Below are positions 1-9,738 of a stretch of DNA of 44,054 nt, piece by piece. Under the pieces are notes generated by a model. That model ran no database searches. It saw only the letters and a program-made list of their open reading frames with translations, and was not told the origin of the DNA. The stretch's first letter is position 1; every line of letters begins with the position of its first letter. The stretch is taken from the NCBI GenBank assembly GCA_035505015.1, contig DATJRF010000093.1, positions 1 through 44,054 of the forward strand, written 5' to 3'. The translations under genes and the position numbers were made by a program. This stretch comes from Verrucomicrobiia bacterium. Lineage in GTDB: Bacteria > Vulcanimicrobiota > Vulcanimicrobiia > Vulcanimicrobiales > Vulcanimicrobiaceae.

Positions 1-1
1 C

Positions 2-2695
2 CAAGACGGCCACTTCTCCGACTTCTTCTCGTTCCGCTCGACGCGCTCTGCCCCCGAGTACGCGCCTTACGGCGTCGACGTCTCGCAGATCGGCCAGTAC
101 TACGGCACGTCGTTCAACTACGACGACGACGTGCTCAATAATTTCTACTACCGTTTCGGCAAGAACGAGACGCAGCAGATTCAAGTTCTCACCGACTGGC
201 TGGATCATCGCGCCTGGGCCAACGCCGGCGGCATCGAGTATGCGAACTACTACCCGTACGATCCGTTCTCTCAAGCGTACTTCACGAGCGACTACAACTC
301 CAACCCGATGTGGCCGTCGGCGCCGTCGATCTGCCGCGGCAATCCGACCTGTGCGGGCGACAAGTGGGGAGCCTCGTGGTACGACTCGGTCATTCCGTAC
401 TATCAAGGCGTTCCCCAGGTCTTTCGCAGCCCCTCGCAGCCCGAGCAGTACGTCTACGGCCCCACCAACTTTCTCAAGATCGGCTACACGCGGCCGCTCG
501 GTAACAACACGTCGTTCAACTCGTTTTTCTACAACTGGGGCGGACTCGTCGCCAATAACGTGACCGGTTCGTCCTCCGATCTTACGCTCGGATCCTACCT
601 TCCCGGCTACAACAACGCCGGCGGAAGAAAGGTCGGATTCCAGGGTCAAGCCACGACCGTAGCAAGCGATAAACATACGCTTACCGTCGTCGCTAAGTTC
701 GAGAACGGGTTCCCCTACTGGGATCAGCTCAACTACGGCAATACCTGGCAGGGCTTTCTCGGCGGCCGCAGCGAGGACGAGGCGGTCGCTCAAACGCCCT
801 GCGTCTACAACCCGCAAACCGGCGAGGATACCGTCACGCCTACCTGCTACCAGCCGACCGGGCCGCGCATCGAAGACTGGTATCTTCCGATCGACCCGGG
901 CCAGCCGGTGAGCGCGAGCAACCCGTGCATCGGCCCGGCGCTCGATAACGGCTACAACGCCAAAGATCCGACGGGGGAAGGCTGTTACATCTACAGCTGG
1001 ATGCTCGCGCACGGCGACTGGCACGGCAAGCTTCCCGCGATCCCGTCGACCGGGTTCGACTACATGGGCAGCGACTTCCAGCAATACGGCGTCGGCCTGC
1101 GCGATCAGTATACGCCGAGCGACCGGCTGTCGTTTGACTACGGCGTTCGTCTGGACGGACAGAATCTCAAGTGGGCCGGCAATACCGCGCTCAACAAAGA
1201 CTTGAGCAATACGGCCGACATCGGAACCGGCTATGCGACCCTCTCCAACAGCTACCTCTATCCGCAGGTTATCGAGCCGCGCATTGCCGCCAGCTACCTG
1301 CTCGGCCAGAGCGACAGCGTTCGCGCCAGTTTCGGCCGCTCCGCGAGCTTTTTCTTCGGGCAAACGGCCGGGACGCCGACCAACATCGGCGACGTCAACC
1401 CGATTCTCTGGATGATTCCCTCCAAAGACGCGGGCGATCCGACCTACGACGCGCTCAACGGCGAGGGCCCCACCTGCGGCAGCGGCTGGCACCCGCCGGG
1501 GGAGGGGCTCAACGGGCTGTACGTTCCCAATCCAAACGTCTACTGGTCGGGCGACGGGAGCGTCGGAACCGTGGGGAATTACTTTCGGTGCGATAACTAC
1601 GCGCAGTCCGTCTATTGGGCGTTCGATCAAGCCTACGCGGCGCCGGACATCGGCGGTCAGACCGTCGCGACGTACAACAACTTCGATCTAGCCTGGAGCC
1701 ACCAGTTTCACAGCGGCTGGGGAACGAAACTGACCGGCTACTATCGTCGCGGATACGACACCTATCAAACGGTGCTGCTCAACGCGGGCCCGCCCGACCC
1801 GGTAACGGGCCAACAGACCGCCGGCTCCTTCCAAGAGCGCCAGACAGGTACCACCGAAACCTACGGCATCGAGTTCATGATGACGACCCCGGATCGTCCC
1901 AGCGGCTGGGGCGGCTTCCTCACGGTCAACTACGTCAACGCGCTCACGACGACTCCCCCCGTCTCCAACTCCGACAGCCTCCCCGCCGTCGCGCAGTATC
2001 TCTACCAAACCGGCGCGCTCTTCCACGCGGCGTACCTGCCGCCGCTCTCGGCGGTGGCGGGCATTCAGTACAAGACGCGTTCGGGGATAACGATTAATCC
2101 GATTCTTACCGCTAACGACGGCATTCCGTTCGGCGTCGGCACCACGACCTACGGCTTCGTCAACGGCGTGCTCTATCAAATTCCCACCGGGAACATCGGC
2201 CAGAGCCTCCCCTTCGCCGGCCCCGGGCAGCCGCTGCAGTCTTATAACGCGCTGTGTTACGTCGATCCGGCGTTTCCCGGCAGCATCTTCCATCCCAAAG
2301 ACTACGCGTGCCGCGGAGACAAAGAATCCACGCTCGCAGGCCAAACGCTCACGTCGCCGACGGCAAACCTCGACTTGAGCCTGCAGTACCAGCACCGCGG
2401 CATCACCTACGGTGCCTACGTCAGTAATATTTTCAACAACTACCGCAGCGAACCGGGCGTCAACCAGGACTGGCAGCCGGTCGCAACGGGGGTCGGCGGC
2501 GCGCAGACCGGCGAGTATGCCGGCACGTACCCGTACTTGCTCTCCGGGGGAAAGCTCGTTCCCAACCCGCTCTATCAAGCCGGAGGTCGCAACGAGCCGG
2601 CGTTCAACCAATCGTGGTTACCCTATCCGCAGCTCTACGTGCCGGGCACGACGATTCGCGGATACGTTCAGTTTGCGCTCGGAAGAGCGCCTTAG
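2..2695 (+). CDS. Outer-membrane beta-barrel protein, TonB-dependent-receptor-like (5' end outside the window)
   Basis: The reading frame is open from base 2, and there is no start codon before GTG 131. Barrel-like strand motifs are present (LSFDYGVRLDGQ, ETYGIEFMMT, GAYVSNIFNNYR, and YVQF near the C-terminus). Confidence 0.5.
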   Translation, partial: QDGHFSDFFSFRSTRSAPEYAPYGVDVSQIGQYYGTSFNYDDDVLNNFYYRFGKNETQQIQVLTDWLDHRAWANAGGIEYANYYPYDPFSQAYFTSDYNSNPMWPSAPSICRGNPTCAGDKWGASWYDSVIPYYQGVPQVFRSPSQPEQYVYGPTNFLKIGYTRPLGNNTSFNSFFYNWGGLVANNVTGSSSDLTLGSYLPGYNNAGGRKVGFQGQATTVASDKHTLTVVAKFENGFPYWDQLNYGNTWQGFLGGRSEDEAVAQTPCVYNPQTGEDTVTPTCYQPTGPRIEDWYLPIDPGQPVSASNPCIGPALDNGYNAKDPTGEGCYIYSWMLAHGDWHGKLPAIPSTGFDYMGSDFQQYGVGLRDQYTPSDRLSFDYGVRLDGQNLKWAGNTALNKDLSNTADIGTGYATLSNSYLYPQVIEPRIAASYLLGQSDSVRASFGRSASFFFGQTAGTPTNIGDVNPILWMIPSKDAGDPTYDALNGEGPTCGSGWHPPGEGLNGLYVPNPNVYWSGDGSVGTVGNYFRCDNYAQSVYWAFDQAYAAPDIGGQTVATYNNFDLAWSHQFHSGWGTKLTGYYRRGYDTYQTVLLNAGPPDPVTGQQTAGSFQERQTGTTETYGIEFMMTTPDRPSGWGGFLTVNYVNALTTTPPVSNSDSLPAVAQYLYQTGALFHAAYLPPLSAVAGIQYKTRSGITINPILTANDGIPFGVGTTTYGFVNGVLYQIPTGNIGQSLPFAGPGQPLQSYNALCYVDPAFPGSIFHPKDYACRGDKESTLAGQTLTSPTANLDLSLQYQHRGITYGAYVSNIFNNYRSEPGVNQDWQPVATGVGGAQTGEYAGTYPYLLSGGKLVPNPLYQAGGRNEPAFNQSWLPYPQLYVPGTTIRGYVQFALGRAP

Positions 2696-2707
2696 TAGGA
2701 GCTTCGC

Positions 2708-4177
2708 ATGTTCGGACGTCTTCTCGCCATCGCTGCCGTAGCCGGCCTCTTCGCGATCTCCGGTTGCGGAGCCGGGAGCGGGGGCATCGGGGTCAACTCG
2801 GTCAATCCGACGAGCCCCAGCTATTCGTCGCTGCAGTTCGCCGTCGGTACGGCGAACTTGTACGGCAAAGACCGGGGCCTCAACGTCGTCTCAACGCTGC
2901 GCCAGCCCGACGGCGACAGCGCGCTTGGTGCCGACACGCCAACGATCTCCGGTCCGTTCGTCGTCACCGCCCTCGCCGTGCCTTCGTACGGCGAGATTCC
3001 GAGCAACAGCGGCTTTCCCGATCCTTACACCACCGTCATCAACGGCGGCCCGAGCCTGCGCGAGTTTCACCGGTCCGCCGTCTCCGGAACGGCGCAAACC
3101 GTCGCGCCCGGCACGCCGGCCTGCGACCGCAGCGGCGGGGTTCCCAACGGCTTCGTCAGCTGTCCGAACGGCCTCTCACCCAACACCACGACCTTCGGCC
3201 AAAGCGGAGGCGTCTTTGCGATGGGCCTGCAGCCGGCCAACGTCGTTGCCAATACAGGGCAGGCCTATAGCTACGCACCGTACGCGCAGCCCTTTTACGT
3301 CGACGCGGCCGCATCCAAGTACGAGTTCGTTCCGTGGGGCGGGCCGCCGGCCTTCGATCCATTCGGCGACGGCCTCGGCACGCGCGATGGGGTGAACATT
3401 CAACTGGGCGACGACTCCTTCGGCGACCCGTACTTTCTGGGCATCGGCGAGGGCATCACCGTTTTCGACGGCATGGCCGCGCGCTCGGGAACGTACACGC
3501 TGGCGGTAGCGGTTTCCACGATCGGCAGCGGTGGGAGCGTGTCCACGACCACGATATCGAAGCGAGCGCATCTCGATGCGGCGGTCTTGCTTCCGACGCT
3601 CGTGACGCCGGTCTTCCACCCCAACGGCAAGGGCGGCGGCACGTTTACGGTCGCGCTGCCGCACGGCGTAACGCAAGGTTACGTGCAGATCGTCGACTGG
3701 GGCCCGGGCGGCGGTCCGCACGACGGCGCGGCGACGCAGCCCGCCAACTGCCAAGGCGCGCGCGGAACCAGCTTCGCTCCCGTCTATTACACGGTCGAGA
3801 TCACCAAAGCCGCAAAGACGACCTACCGCCTGCCCGATACGATCGGCCCGAACTCCGCAACCACCGGCGGCAAGGGGAATATCACGCCGAGCCCCTCGAT
3901 CTGCACCGCGGCGCAGAACCAGGCGAAGGTGAGCTCCTCGACGCCGGGCGACGACATCGTCGTGCAGTTCATCGGCTTCGACTACCCCGCGTACGAAGCG
4001 GCGCACGGTTTGATCGAGGCGACGACACCGCAAAATCCGCCGATCGTGGGCAGCGGCGGACAGAGCAATATCACGATCTCAGATGCCGCCGAGCAAGACA
4101 ACGGCTCCACCACGCAAACGCCGCTCGTCGTTACCGCGCGACCACATGGCGCGTCTCGTTTCGCGGTTCGCCGCTAG
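2708..4177 (+). CDS. Putative lipoprotein of unknown function
   Basis: ATG 2708 sits 8 nt after a GGAG. The signal peptide carries a lipobox (LFAISGC). Codon usage is coding-like with high GC3. I recognised no catalytic motif. Confidence 0.6.
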   Translation: MFGRLLAIAAVAGLFAISGCGAGSGGIGVNSVNPTSPSYSSLQFAVGTANLYGKDRGLNVVSTLRQPDGDSALGADTPTISGPFVVTALAVPSYGEIPSNSGFPDPYTTVINGGPSLREFHRSAVSGTAQTVAPGTPACDRSGGVPNGFVSCPNGLSPNTTTFGQSGGVFAMGLQPANVVANTGQAYSYAPYAQPFYVDAAASKYEFVPWGGPPAFDPFGDGLGTRDGVNIQLGDDSFGDPYFLGIGEGITVFDGMAARSGTYTLAVAVSTIGSGGSVSTTTISKRAHLDAAVLLPTLVTPVFHPNGKGGGTFTVALPHGVTQGYVQIVDWGPGGGPHDGAATQPANCQGARGTSFAPVYYTVEITKAAKTTYRLPDTIGPNSATTGGKGNITPSPSICTAAQNQAKVSSSTPGDDIVVQFIGFDYPAYEAAHGLIEATTPQNPPIVGSGGQSNITISDAAEQDNGSTTQTPLVVTARPHGASRFAVRR

Positions 4178-6239
4178 CCTGCTCTGCTGCGGGGTCGTCG
4201 CCGCCGGTGCCTCGGCGGCGGCCCCGACGAGCGACGCGATCGTCGTCGATACGGCCCCGTCGCATCGGATCGCCGCATTTCGCCCGCTCGAAACCTTTGG
4301 CTCCACCGTCGACAAAGAGCCGGCCGGCTCGATTCCGGCTCTGTACTCGCGCGACCACGTCCGTTTGATGCTCGCATCCGGGCTCGGCTGGCTGAGCTAT
4401 CGCCTCTACAGCGAGATATCGGTTCAGGACTGGCACTGGAATCCGCGCGGCCGCTTCAGCCAAGGCGACCGGGGATACTGGACCAGCTCGGCCTCCACCG
4501 ACGCTCCGCCGATCGACGACTCCTACCAGTACGCGCTGCCGCACCGCGGCTTTACGACCGACCAGGGCGATTCCGCATCGTACTCGCGGCTCGACGACGG
4601 CGATACGCACACCTATTGGAAGAGCGATCCCTACCTCACCAGCCGCTTTACGCACGAGTCCGACGCCCTCCATCCCCAGTGGGTCGTCGTCGATTTGCGT
4701 TCTGCGCGGCACGTGGACGGCGTGCGCATCGCCTGGGGCAATCCCTATGCCACGCACTATAGCGTCGGCTACTGGACCGGCGCAGACCCGATCGACGATC
4801 CGGCGAACGGCACGTGGAAGCCCTTGCCGCGCGCCGGCGTCAGAACGCGCTACGTGCGCGTTCTCATGACGCGCTCCTCGGATACCTGCGATAGCCACGG
4901 CTCGAGCGACGTCCGCAACTGCGTCGGCTACGCTATTCGCGAGATCGCCGTCGGGCGAATCGAGAACGGCCGCTTCATCGACGAGGTCCATCACGCGGCG
5001 GGTCCTTCCCAGAGCCCCACCTACGTCTCTTCCGTCGATCCGTGGCACGCGGCCGGCGATCGCGTCCGCAACCAGGAGCAGCCGGGCCTCGATCTGATCG
5101 CGCGCAGCGGCCTCACGCGCGGCATCGGCGGCACCTACCCGGTACCGATGCTCTACAGCACGCCGGAGAACGCAGCCGCCGAGATTCGTTATCTCGAAGC
5201 GCGCCACTACCCGATTCGCATGGTCGAGCTCGGTGAAGAGCCCGACGGCCAGTACGTGACGCCCGAAGACGACGCCGCGCTCTACGTCCAGTGGGCGCGC
5301 GCGATCCACGCCGTCGACCCTTCGCTCGAGCTGGGCGGCCCGGTCTTTAGCGGGAGCAACGACGACGTGCAGGCCTGGCCCGACGCCCGCGGCGACGTAT
5401 CGTGGCTGCATCGCTACCTCGCCTACTTGCGCTCCCACCACGCTCTGCGCGACTTGGCGTTCATGTCGTTCGAGCACTATCCGTTCGACGGCTGCGAGCA
5501 CGGCGCCGAGCTTCACGCCGACCTGGTGCGGGAACCGGCGCTCATGCGGCACGTCGCCGCTACCTGGCGTGCCGACGGCCTCCCCGCGTCCGTCCCGATG
5601 TTCGTCACCGAGGCGAACTTCTCGGCAGTCAACTTCACCGAAGTCCCGATGCGGATCGAGGGCGCGCTGTGGCTTGCCGATTACTTCGGCAGCGCGCTCG
5701 AGAGCGGCGTTTCCGGCGTGGTCTACTACCAAGACGAGCCGGTGCCCCTCTCGCAAAACCAAGGCTGCCCCGCCGATTGGGGGAATCTCACGATGTTCGT
5801 CGCCGACCGCAAAGCCCACATCCGCGCCACCGACGCGCAGTACCGCGCCGCCCAGTTGATTTCGCAGCAATGGGTCGTTCCCGGCAGCGGCCTGCACCAG
5901 CTCTTCCCCGTCGCCGCTACGAAGGAGGTTACGGCCTATGCCGTCCTGCGCCCCGACGGCCTCTGGTCCGTCATGCTCGTGAACAAGGACGAGCGATCTC
6001 ACGACGTCGGCGTCAGCTTCGTCGATCCGGTCGCGCACGTAACCTCGGCGTTTACGGGCACCGTTACCGAGCTGTCGTACGGCCCGGCCCAATACCGGTG
6101 GCACGCGCAAGGTGCGTCATCCTTCGCAAACCCCAACGACCCGCCGGCGCTCGCACGGCTCCCGGCCGCGCCGGCGTACGCGATTCCCGCGAAGTCGATC
6201 GCGATCTTGCGCGGACACGTCGCGCCGCTCGCGCCGTGA
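4146..6239 (+). CDS. Secreted discoidin (F5/8 type C)-domain protein with a clan-A glycoside-hydrolase-like TIM barrel
   Basis: I placed the start at ATG 4146, where a signal peptide begins (MARLVSRFAASLLCCGVVAAGASAAA), not at track start 4083. A discoidin-like block is present (DDGDTHTYWKS..HPQWVVVDL..VRIAWGNPYATHYSVGYW). Glycosidase-like motifs are MVELGEEPDGQY and MFVTEANF. Confidence 0.6.
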   Translation: MARLVSRFAASLLCCGVVAAGASAAAPTSDAIVVDTAPSHRIAAFRPLETFGSTVDKEPAGSIPALYSRDHVRLMLASGLGWLSYRLYSEISVQDWHWNPRGRFSQGDRGYWTSSASTDAPPIDDSYQYALPHRGFTTDQGDSASYSRLDDGDTHTYWKSDPYLTSRFTHESDALHPQWVVVDLRSARHVDGVRIAWGNPYATHYSVGYWTGADPIDDPANGTWKPLPRAGVRTRYVRVLMTRSSDTCDSHGSSDVRNCVGYAIREIAVGRIENGRFIDEVHHAAGPSQSPTYVSSVDPWHAAGDRVRNQEQPGLDLIARSGLTRGIGGTYPVPMLYSTPENAAAEIRYLEARHYPIRMVELGEEPDGQYVTPEDDAALYVQWARAIHAVDPSLELGGPVFSGSNDDVQAWPDARGDVSWLHRYLAYLRSHHALRDLAFMSFEHYPFDGCEHGAELHADLVREPALMRHVAATWRADGLPASVPMFVTEANFSAVNFTEVPMRIEGALWLADYFGSALESGVSGVVYYQDEPVPLSQNQGCPADWGNLTMFVADRKAHIRATDAQYRAAQLISQQWVVPGSGLHQLFPVAATKEVTAYAVLRPDGLWSVMLVNKDERSHDVGVSFVDPVAHVTSAFTGTVTELSYGPAQYRWHAQGASSFANPNDPPALARLPAAPAYAIPAKSIAILRGHVAPLAP

Positions 6240-8314
6240 TCGCGGCCGCGCTGCTCGCGATCGCTACTCTCGCGAGCGTTCGCGTCGACACCTCACCCGC
6301 GCATCGCCTAGCGACCATACGCCCGGATCGAGCGATCGGCACGGCCGTCGACTCCGATCCGCCTGGAAAGATTGCGTTGCTCTACTCGCCCGAGCGCGTT
6401 CGCTTGATACGCGACTCCGGCGTGGGCACGCTTACCTATCGTCTGTACACCGAGCTTTCGATTCAGGACTGGCACTGGAACCCGGCCGGGTCTTTCAGCG
6501 ACGCCGCGCGAGCGCAAGGCTATTGGACCGGCTCGGCCGTCCCGGGCGCGCCGATCCTCGACTCGTACGGTTACCGCCTGCCGCATCGCGGCTCGACGCA
6601 CGACCAGGGCGACGACGACGGCTACTCGCGCATCGACGACGGCGACCCGTCGACCTATTGGAAGAGCAACCCGTACCTAAGCTCCGCCTTTACGGGGGAG
6701 CCGGACGCCGCGCACCCGCAGTGGGTCGTGATCGACCTCGGGAAGGCACAGCCGGTCGACGCGATTCGCATCGCCTGGGCCGATCCTTATGCGACGCGCT
6801 ACCGCGTGCAGTTCTGGCGCGGAGCGGGCGACGCGATCCTCGATCAGGCAAATGGGACTTGGAACGATTTCGCCGACGGCCGGCAACGTAACGAGGCGCC
6901 CTCGGCAGCGCTGGTAAGGCTCGCACCCGTGCCGGTCTGGGCGCGCTGGGTGCGCGTGCTCATGACGCACTCCTCGGATACCTGCGATACGCACGGCAAG
7001 CAAGACCTGCGCAACTGCGTCGGGTACGCGATCGCCGACATTGGCCTGGGCACCGTCGACGGCGCCGGCGTTCTCACCGATCTCGTGCGGCGCTCGACGA
7101 CGACGAGCGAGCAGACCGTCATGTGGACCTCGTCCGACGACCCGTGGCACGCGCGCGGCGATCGCGTCACCGCGGATCAGGACCAGCCCGGTTTGGACGT
7201 CGTTTCGAGCAGTGGAATCACCGGCGGCTTGCCCGCAATCTATCCGGTCCCGCTCTTCTACAGCACGCCCGAAAACGCGGCCAACGAGATTCGTTACCTC
7301 GAGGCGCGCCGCTATCCGATCGCTTACGTCGAGATGGGCGAGGAGATCGACGGGCAGTACGCGCTTCCCGAGGATTACGCCGCGCTCTACATGCAGTTCG
7401 CGCGCGCGATCCACGCCGTCGACCCTCGGCTCGAGCTCGGCGGACCGGTCTTCTCCGGTTTCAACACGGATCTCACCACGTGGGCGGACGCGAGCGGGCG
7501 CGTCTCGTGGTTCGCGCGTTTTCTCGACTATCTCCGCTCGCACGGTGCGCTCGGAGAGCTCGGCTTCATGTCGTTCGAGCACTATCCGTTCAAGGCGTGC
7601 GACGCCGGCGACGCGCTGCAGGACGATCTCTTGCGCGAGCCCGATCTCGTGCGCAACATGGTGCGGATTTGGCGCGGCGACGGTCTTCCCGCGAACGTGC
7701 CGGTCCTCATCACGGAGGCGGGCTTCGCATCCGACGGCCCCTCGGAGCCGCAGCGCGTCGAAGGCGCGCTCTGGACGGCCGATTATATGGCCTCGGCGCT
7801 CTCAGCCGGCATCTCGTACGTGACCTACTACCAAGCGGAGACGGAGCCGCTTCACTTCAACCGCCGCTGCGCGACGTGGGGCGCCTACGACCCCTTCATC
7901 GTCGGCGAGGCCTACGACGTGCGCGCCAAGGCCGCCGCCTTCTACGCGCTGCAAATGCTCGCGCACGAGTGGCTCCAGCCCGGCGATGCGCCGGTCGGGC
8001 TCTATCCCGTCGCGACGAACCTCGGCCGCAACCGTGCCGAGGTGACCGCATACGCCGCACATCGCCCCGACGGCCGGTGGTCGCTGCTGGTCGTCAACAA
8101 GGATTTCGTCGCGCGCCCGCTTGCAGTCGCCTTTTCGGACCGACGGGCGCGAGTGCCGAAAGCCTTCGCCACCTTCGGCATCGAGCAGTACTTCTGGAGC
8201 GCGACGAGCGCGAGCGAGCTTCCCTCACCCGACGCCGGCATCTCGCACCGATCCCTGAGCGAAGGAAACGGCTACCTACTGCCCCCGCGATCCATCTCCG
8301 TCATCCGCTTCTAG
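6236..8314 (+). CDS. Paralog of the preceding discoidin-domain glycosidase-like protein
   Basis: GTG 6236 overlaps the upstream TGA (GTGA). The protein aligns with the 4146-6239 product over its whole length (WHWNP, HPQWVVIDL, VEMGEEIDGQY, LITEAGF). The track ORF 5402-8314 is an artefactual 5' extension. Confidence 0.6.
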   Translation: MIAAALLAIATLASVRVDTSPAHRLATIRPDRAIGTAVDSDPPGKIALLYSPERVRLIRDSGVGTLTYRLYTELSIQDWHWNPAGSFSDAARAQGYWTGSAVPGAPILDSYGYRLPHRGSTHDQGDDDGYSRIDDGDPSTYWKSNPYLSSAFTGEPDAAHPQWVVIDLGKAQPVDAIRIAWADPYATRYRVQFWRGAGDAILDQANGTWNDFADGRQRNEAPSAALVRLAPVPVWARWVRVLMTHSSDTCDTHGKQDLRNCVGYAIADIGLGTVDGAGVLTDLVRRSTTTSEQTVMWTSSDDPWHARGDRVTADQDQPGLDVVSSSGITGGLPAIYPVPLFYSTPENAANEIRYLEARRYPIAYVEMGEEIDGQYALPEDYAALYMQFARAIHAVDPRLELGGPVFSGFNTDLTTWADASGRVSWFARFLDYLRSHGALGELGFMSFEHYPFKACDAGDALQDDLLREPDLVRNMVRIWRGDGLPANVPVLITEAGFASDGPSEPQRVEGALWTADYMASALSAGISYVTYYQAETEPLHFNRRCATWGAYDPFIVGEAYDVRAKAAAFYALQMLAHEWLQPGDAPVGLYPVATNLGRNRAEVTAYAAHRPDGRWSLLVVNKDFVARPLAVAFSDRRARVPKAFATFGIEQYFWSATSASELPSPDAGISHRSLSEGNGYLLPPRSISVIRF

Positions 8315-8982
8315 CACTTGCGCGTGTAGCTGATACCGCCGCCGTTGAGATGCTTTCCGTCGGAAGAGAGCGTCGCGGTCTTGGTGCCGTAATGCGTGAT
8401 CGTCGCGGTCGTTCCCGAGAGCGCCCAGCTTCCGACCACGCCGTCCTGATCGGTTAAGCCGCCGTTGGCGTCCATCGTCAGCGTCTGCTTGGGATCGTCG
8501 TTGCTCACCCACGTACCGACGAGGTTGTTGAGCGCGCAGCCGGTCGGCACCGGCGTCGGCGTCGCGAGCGTCGGCGCTGCGGCGGCCTTTCCTTGGAAGA
8601 CGGCGGCAAGCCGGTTGCAGAGATCGTCGGCGCTGTACGGATTGGGCGGCAGTTCGACGGCGCAGGTAAAGGTCACGACGTAGCCGGTGCCAACCGGAAA
8701 ACAGTGGATTGCCGCGGCGGCGGACGCGTGCCCGGCCGCGTCGATCGGGCCGTAGCCGAGCCACTGTCCGGTTCCCGCGCCGGCCTCGAACGTGCTCGCG
8801 AGCTGCGAGGTGAGCGCTTCCTTGGCTTTCGCGCTGCAGTCGCTCTCAGGAGCGTTGGTCGTTACGATGCGCAGACCCGTCGACATGTCGAGCGCGGCCG
8901 TCGCGCGGAGCACGCTCGAGGCGAAGCCCAGCGCGAGCACAACGGCGAAGATGCCAAGGCGGAAGCGAGTCGTCCGAGCCAC
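8311..8982 (-). CDS. Secreted hypothetical protein
   Basis: GTG 8982 is preceded by GGAGGA at 6 nt. The signal peptide is ARTTRFRLGIFAVVLALGFASSVLRATA. The track start at 9132 gives an Arg-rich extension that is unlikely to be real. Confidence 0.5.
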   Translation of the reverse strand: MARTTRFRLGIFAVVLALGFASSVLRATAALDMSTGLRIVTTNAPESDCSAKAKEALTSQLASTFEAGAGTGQWLGYGPIDAAGHASAAAAIHCFPVGTGYVVTFTCAVELPPNPYSADDLCNRLAAVFQGKAAAAPTLATPTPVPTGCALNNLVGTWVSNDDPKQTLTMDANGGLTDQDGVVGSWALSGTTATITHYGTKTATLSSDGKHLNGGGISYTRKC

Positions 8983-9086
8983 GAAGTTCCTCCAGCGAAA
9001 AGCGCGAGCAAGCGCCGGCGGCGCCTGCGGAAGCCTTAGCCGGTCGCCAGTGCAACCCTTCGAAGACGCTCCGCCTTCTCGCGAAT

Positions 9087-9725
9087 ATGCACGCCGCCCA
9101 AGAACGCCGCGAGCGGCCCTCGCCGGTGCCACAGCCCCATCCGCTCGCCTTCCACGAAGGGACCCTCTGGATCGGCTCCTGGGAGAACCATCGGCTCTAC
9201 GGGATCGACCCGCAAACCTGGACGATCCGCGAGGAGCACGAGTCGCCCGGCAAGCCGTTCGGCATCGCGCCGCTGGGCGACGAGCTGCGCGTCGTGATCT
9301 CGCTCGACGACGACGACCGCTACCTCTTCCCCTTCCGGCCGGGCCGCGGATTCGACGTAGGCGGCAAGCGAGCGTGCCCCGATCTCACCGGCTCCTACCT
9401 CGCCTCGCAGGGCGGACGGCTCTACTTGGGACAGATGACGAACCGCCGCATCCTCGTGCTCGCAAACGACGCAAGCGTCGAACGAGAGATCGCCTTGCCG
9501 ACCCGCTGCGCCGGCCTCGGTTTCGGCCCCGGCGGATTCCACATGATCTCCGGCGACCAGGAGCTCGAACATCTCGTGTTCGGTACCTTGGATGCCTCGC
9601 AAGCCGCGCCGTCGTTCCAACCGCTCGCCCCACTGCCCGACGAAGCCCGCTCGCTCGCGCACGACGGCTCGCGCTGGTGGACGTGCCTGCGCGACCGCAA
9701 CGAGATGCTTTCCTTCATCGTGTGA
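9087..9725 (+). CDS. Hypothetical protein, possibly beta-propeller-repeat-like
   Basis: The ORF has coding-like composition. Short motifs such as GTLWIGSW and RLYLGQM resemble propeller blades. No firm family assignment. Confidence 0.4.
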   Translation: MHAAQERRERPSPVPQPHPLAFHEGTLWIGSWENHRLYGIDPQTWTIREEHESPGKPFGIAPLGDELRVVISLDDDDRYLFPFRPGRGFDVGGKRACPDLTGSYLASQGGRLYLGQMTNRRILVLANDASVEREIALPTRCAGLGFGPGGFHMISGDQELEHLVFGTLDASQAAPSFQPLAPLPDEARSLAHDGSRWWTCLRDRNEMLSFIV

Positions 9726-9738
9726 CGAACGACGGCGG

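Noticed and set aside
4131-6110. A 659-aa ORF antisense to the discoidin/glycosidase-like gene. Similar long antisense ORFs are 15575-17617, 16074-17246, 17504-18616, 20951-22558, 3176-4033 and 30879-32096.
   Set aside because: Their Arg/Ala/Pro/Gly-dominated composition is typical of shadow frames in high-GC DNA. Each fully overlaps a gene with clear family motifs on the other strand.
5402-6235. The 5' 278 codons of track ORF 5402-8314.
   Set aside because: This part is Arg-rich nonsense that overlaps the previous gene in another frame. Homology to the paralog begins only at GTG 6236, which also gives a GTGA coupling.
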